This document shows, piece by piece, positions 63,900 through 64,000 of a stretch of 64,000 nucleotides of DNA. The position numbers were made by a program, and so were the translations under genes. The notes below the pieces were generated by a model. It was not told the origin of the DNA and did not search any database. It saw only the letters and a program-made list of their open reading frames with translations. The DNA comes from Rotaria socialis (Eukaryota): NCBI GenBank assembly GCA_905331295.1, contig CAJNYD010000015.1, positions 248,001 through 312,000 on the forward strand, written 5' to 3'. Numbering within the stretch: position 1 is the first letter of the stretch; every line of letters begins with the position of its first letter.

Positions 63900-64000
63900 C
63901 TAGAGAGAGATGAAAAATAAATGAGACTATCCTATAATTTACTTTAAATTTAAAAGGGCTCTCGAAAAAAAACGTGTCAATATACGTTCAACTATATTCT

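Noticed and set aside
1..64000. CRISPR arrays, tRNA/rRNA genes, autonomous transposases or reverse transcriptases
   Set aside because: No repeat-spacer periodicity, cloverleaf, rRNA-like tract or transposase/RT motifs seen by eye; the sequence is eukaryotic.

Overview
AT-rich (about 70% AT by eye), gene-dense animal genomic DNA. Most introns are about 50-60 nt GT-AG introns, so the ORF track fragments or misses most genes. The tiny introns, metazoan core genes and interspersed foreign-looking genes suggest a bdelloid rotifer (inference). Manual splicing gives about 18 protein-coding genes. Recognisable core genes: KIAA1328/hinderin-like, aspartyl aminopeptidase DNPEP, a GALNT7/10-type GalNAc-transferase, CFAP210, DNAJC8, egghead, CK2 beta, MARCHF5, Dicer-1 and ODF2. 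Others: a divergent homeobox gene, several small orphans, and three horizontal-transfer candidates (fungal-type P450, GNAT acetyltransferase, secreted Gly-Pro-Leu repeat protein). There are also three MITE-like elements. Most notable: (1) operon-like head-to-tail pairs (DNPEP>KIAA1328, 113 nt apart; MARCHF5>Dicer, 190 nt apart) with apparently unpaired splice acceptors, suggesting polycistronic transcripts resolved by SL trans-splicing; (2) an 88-aa protein of three DxNxDG repeats, absent from the ORF track; (3) a candidate CUG-initiated CK2 beta extension; (4) a Dicer with a degenerate ATPase site; (5) a candidate H/ACA-like structured RNA.
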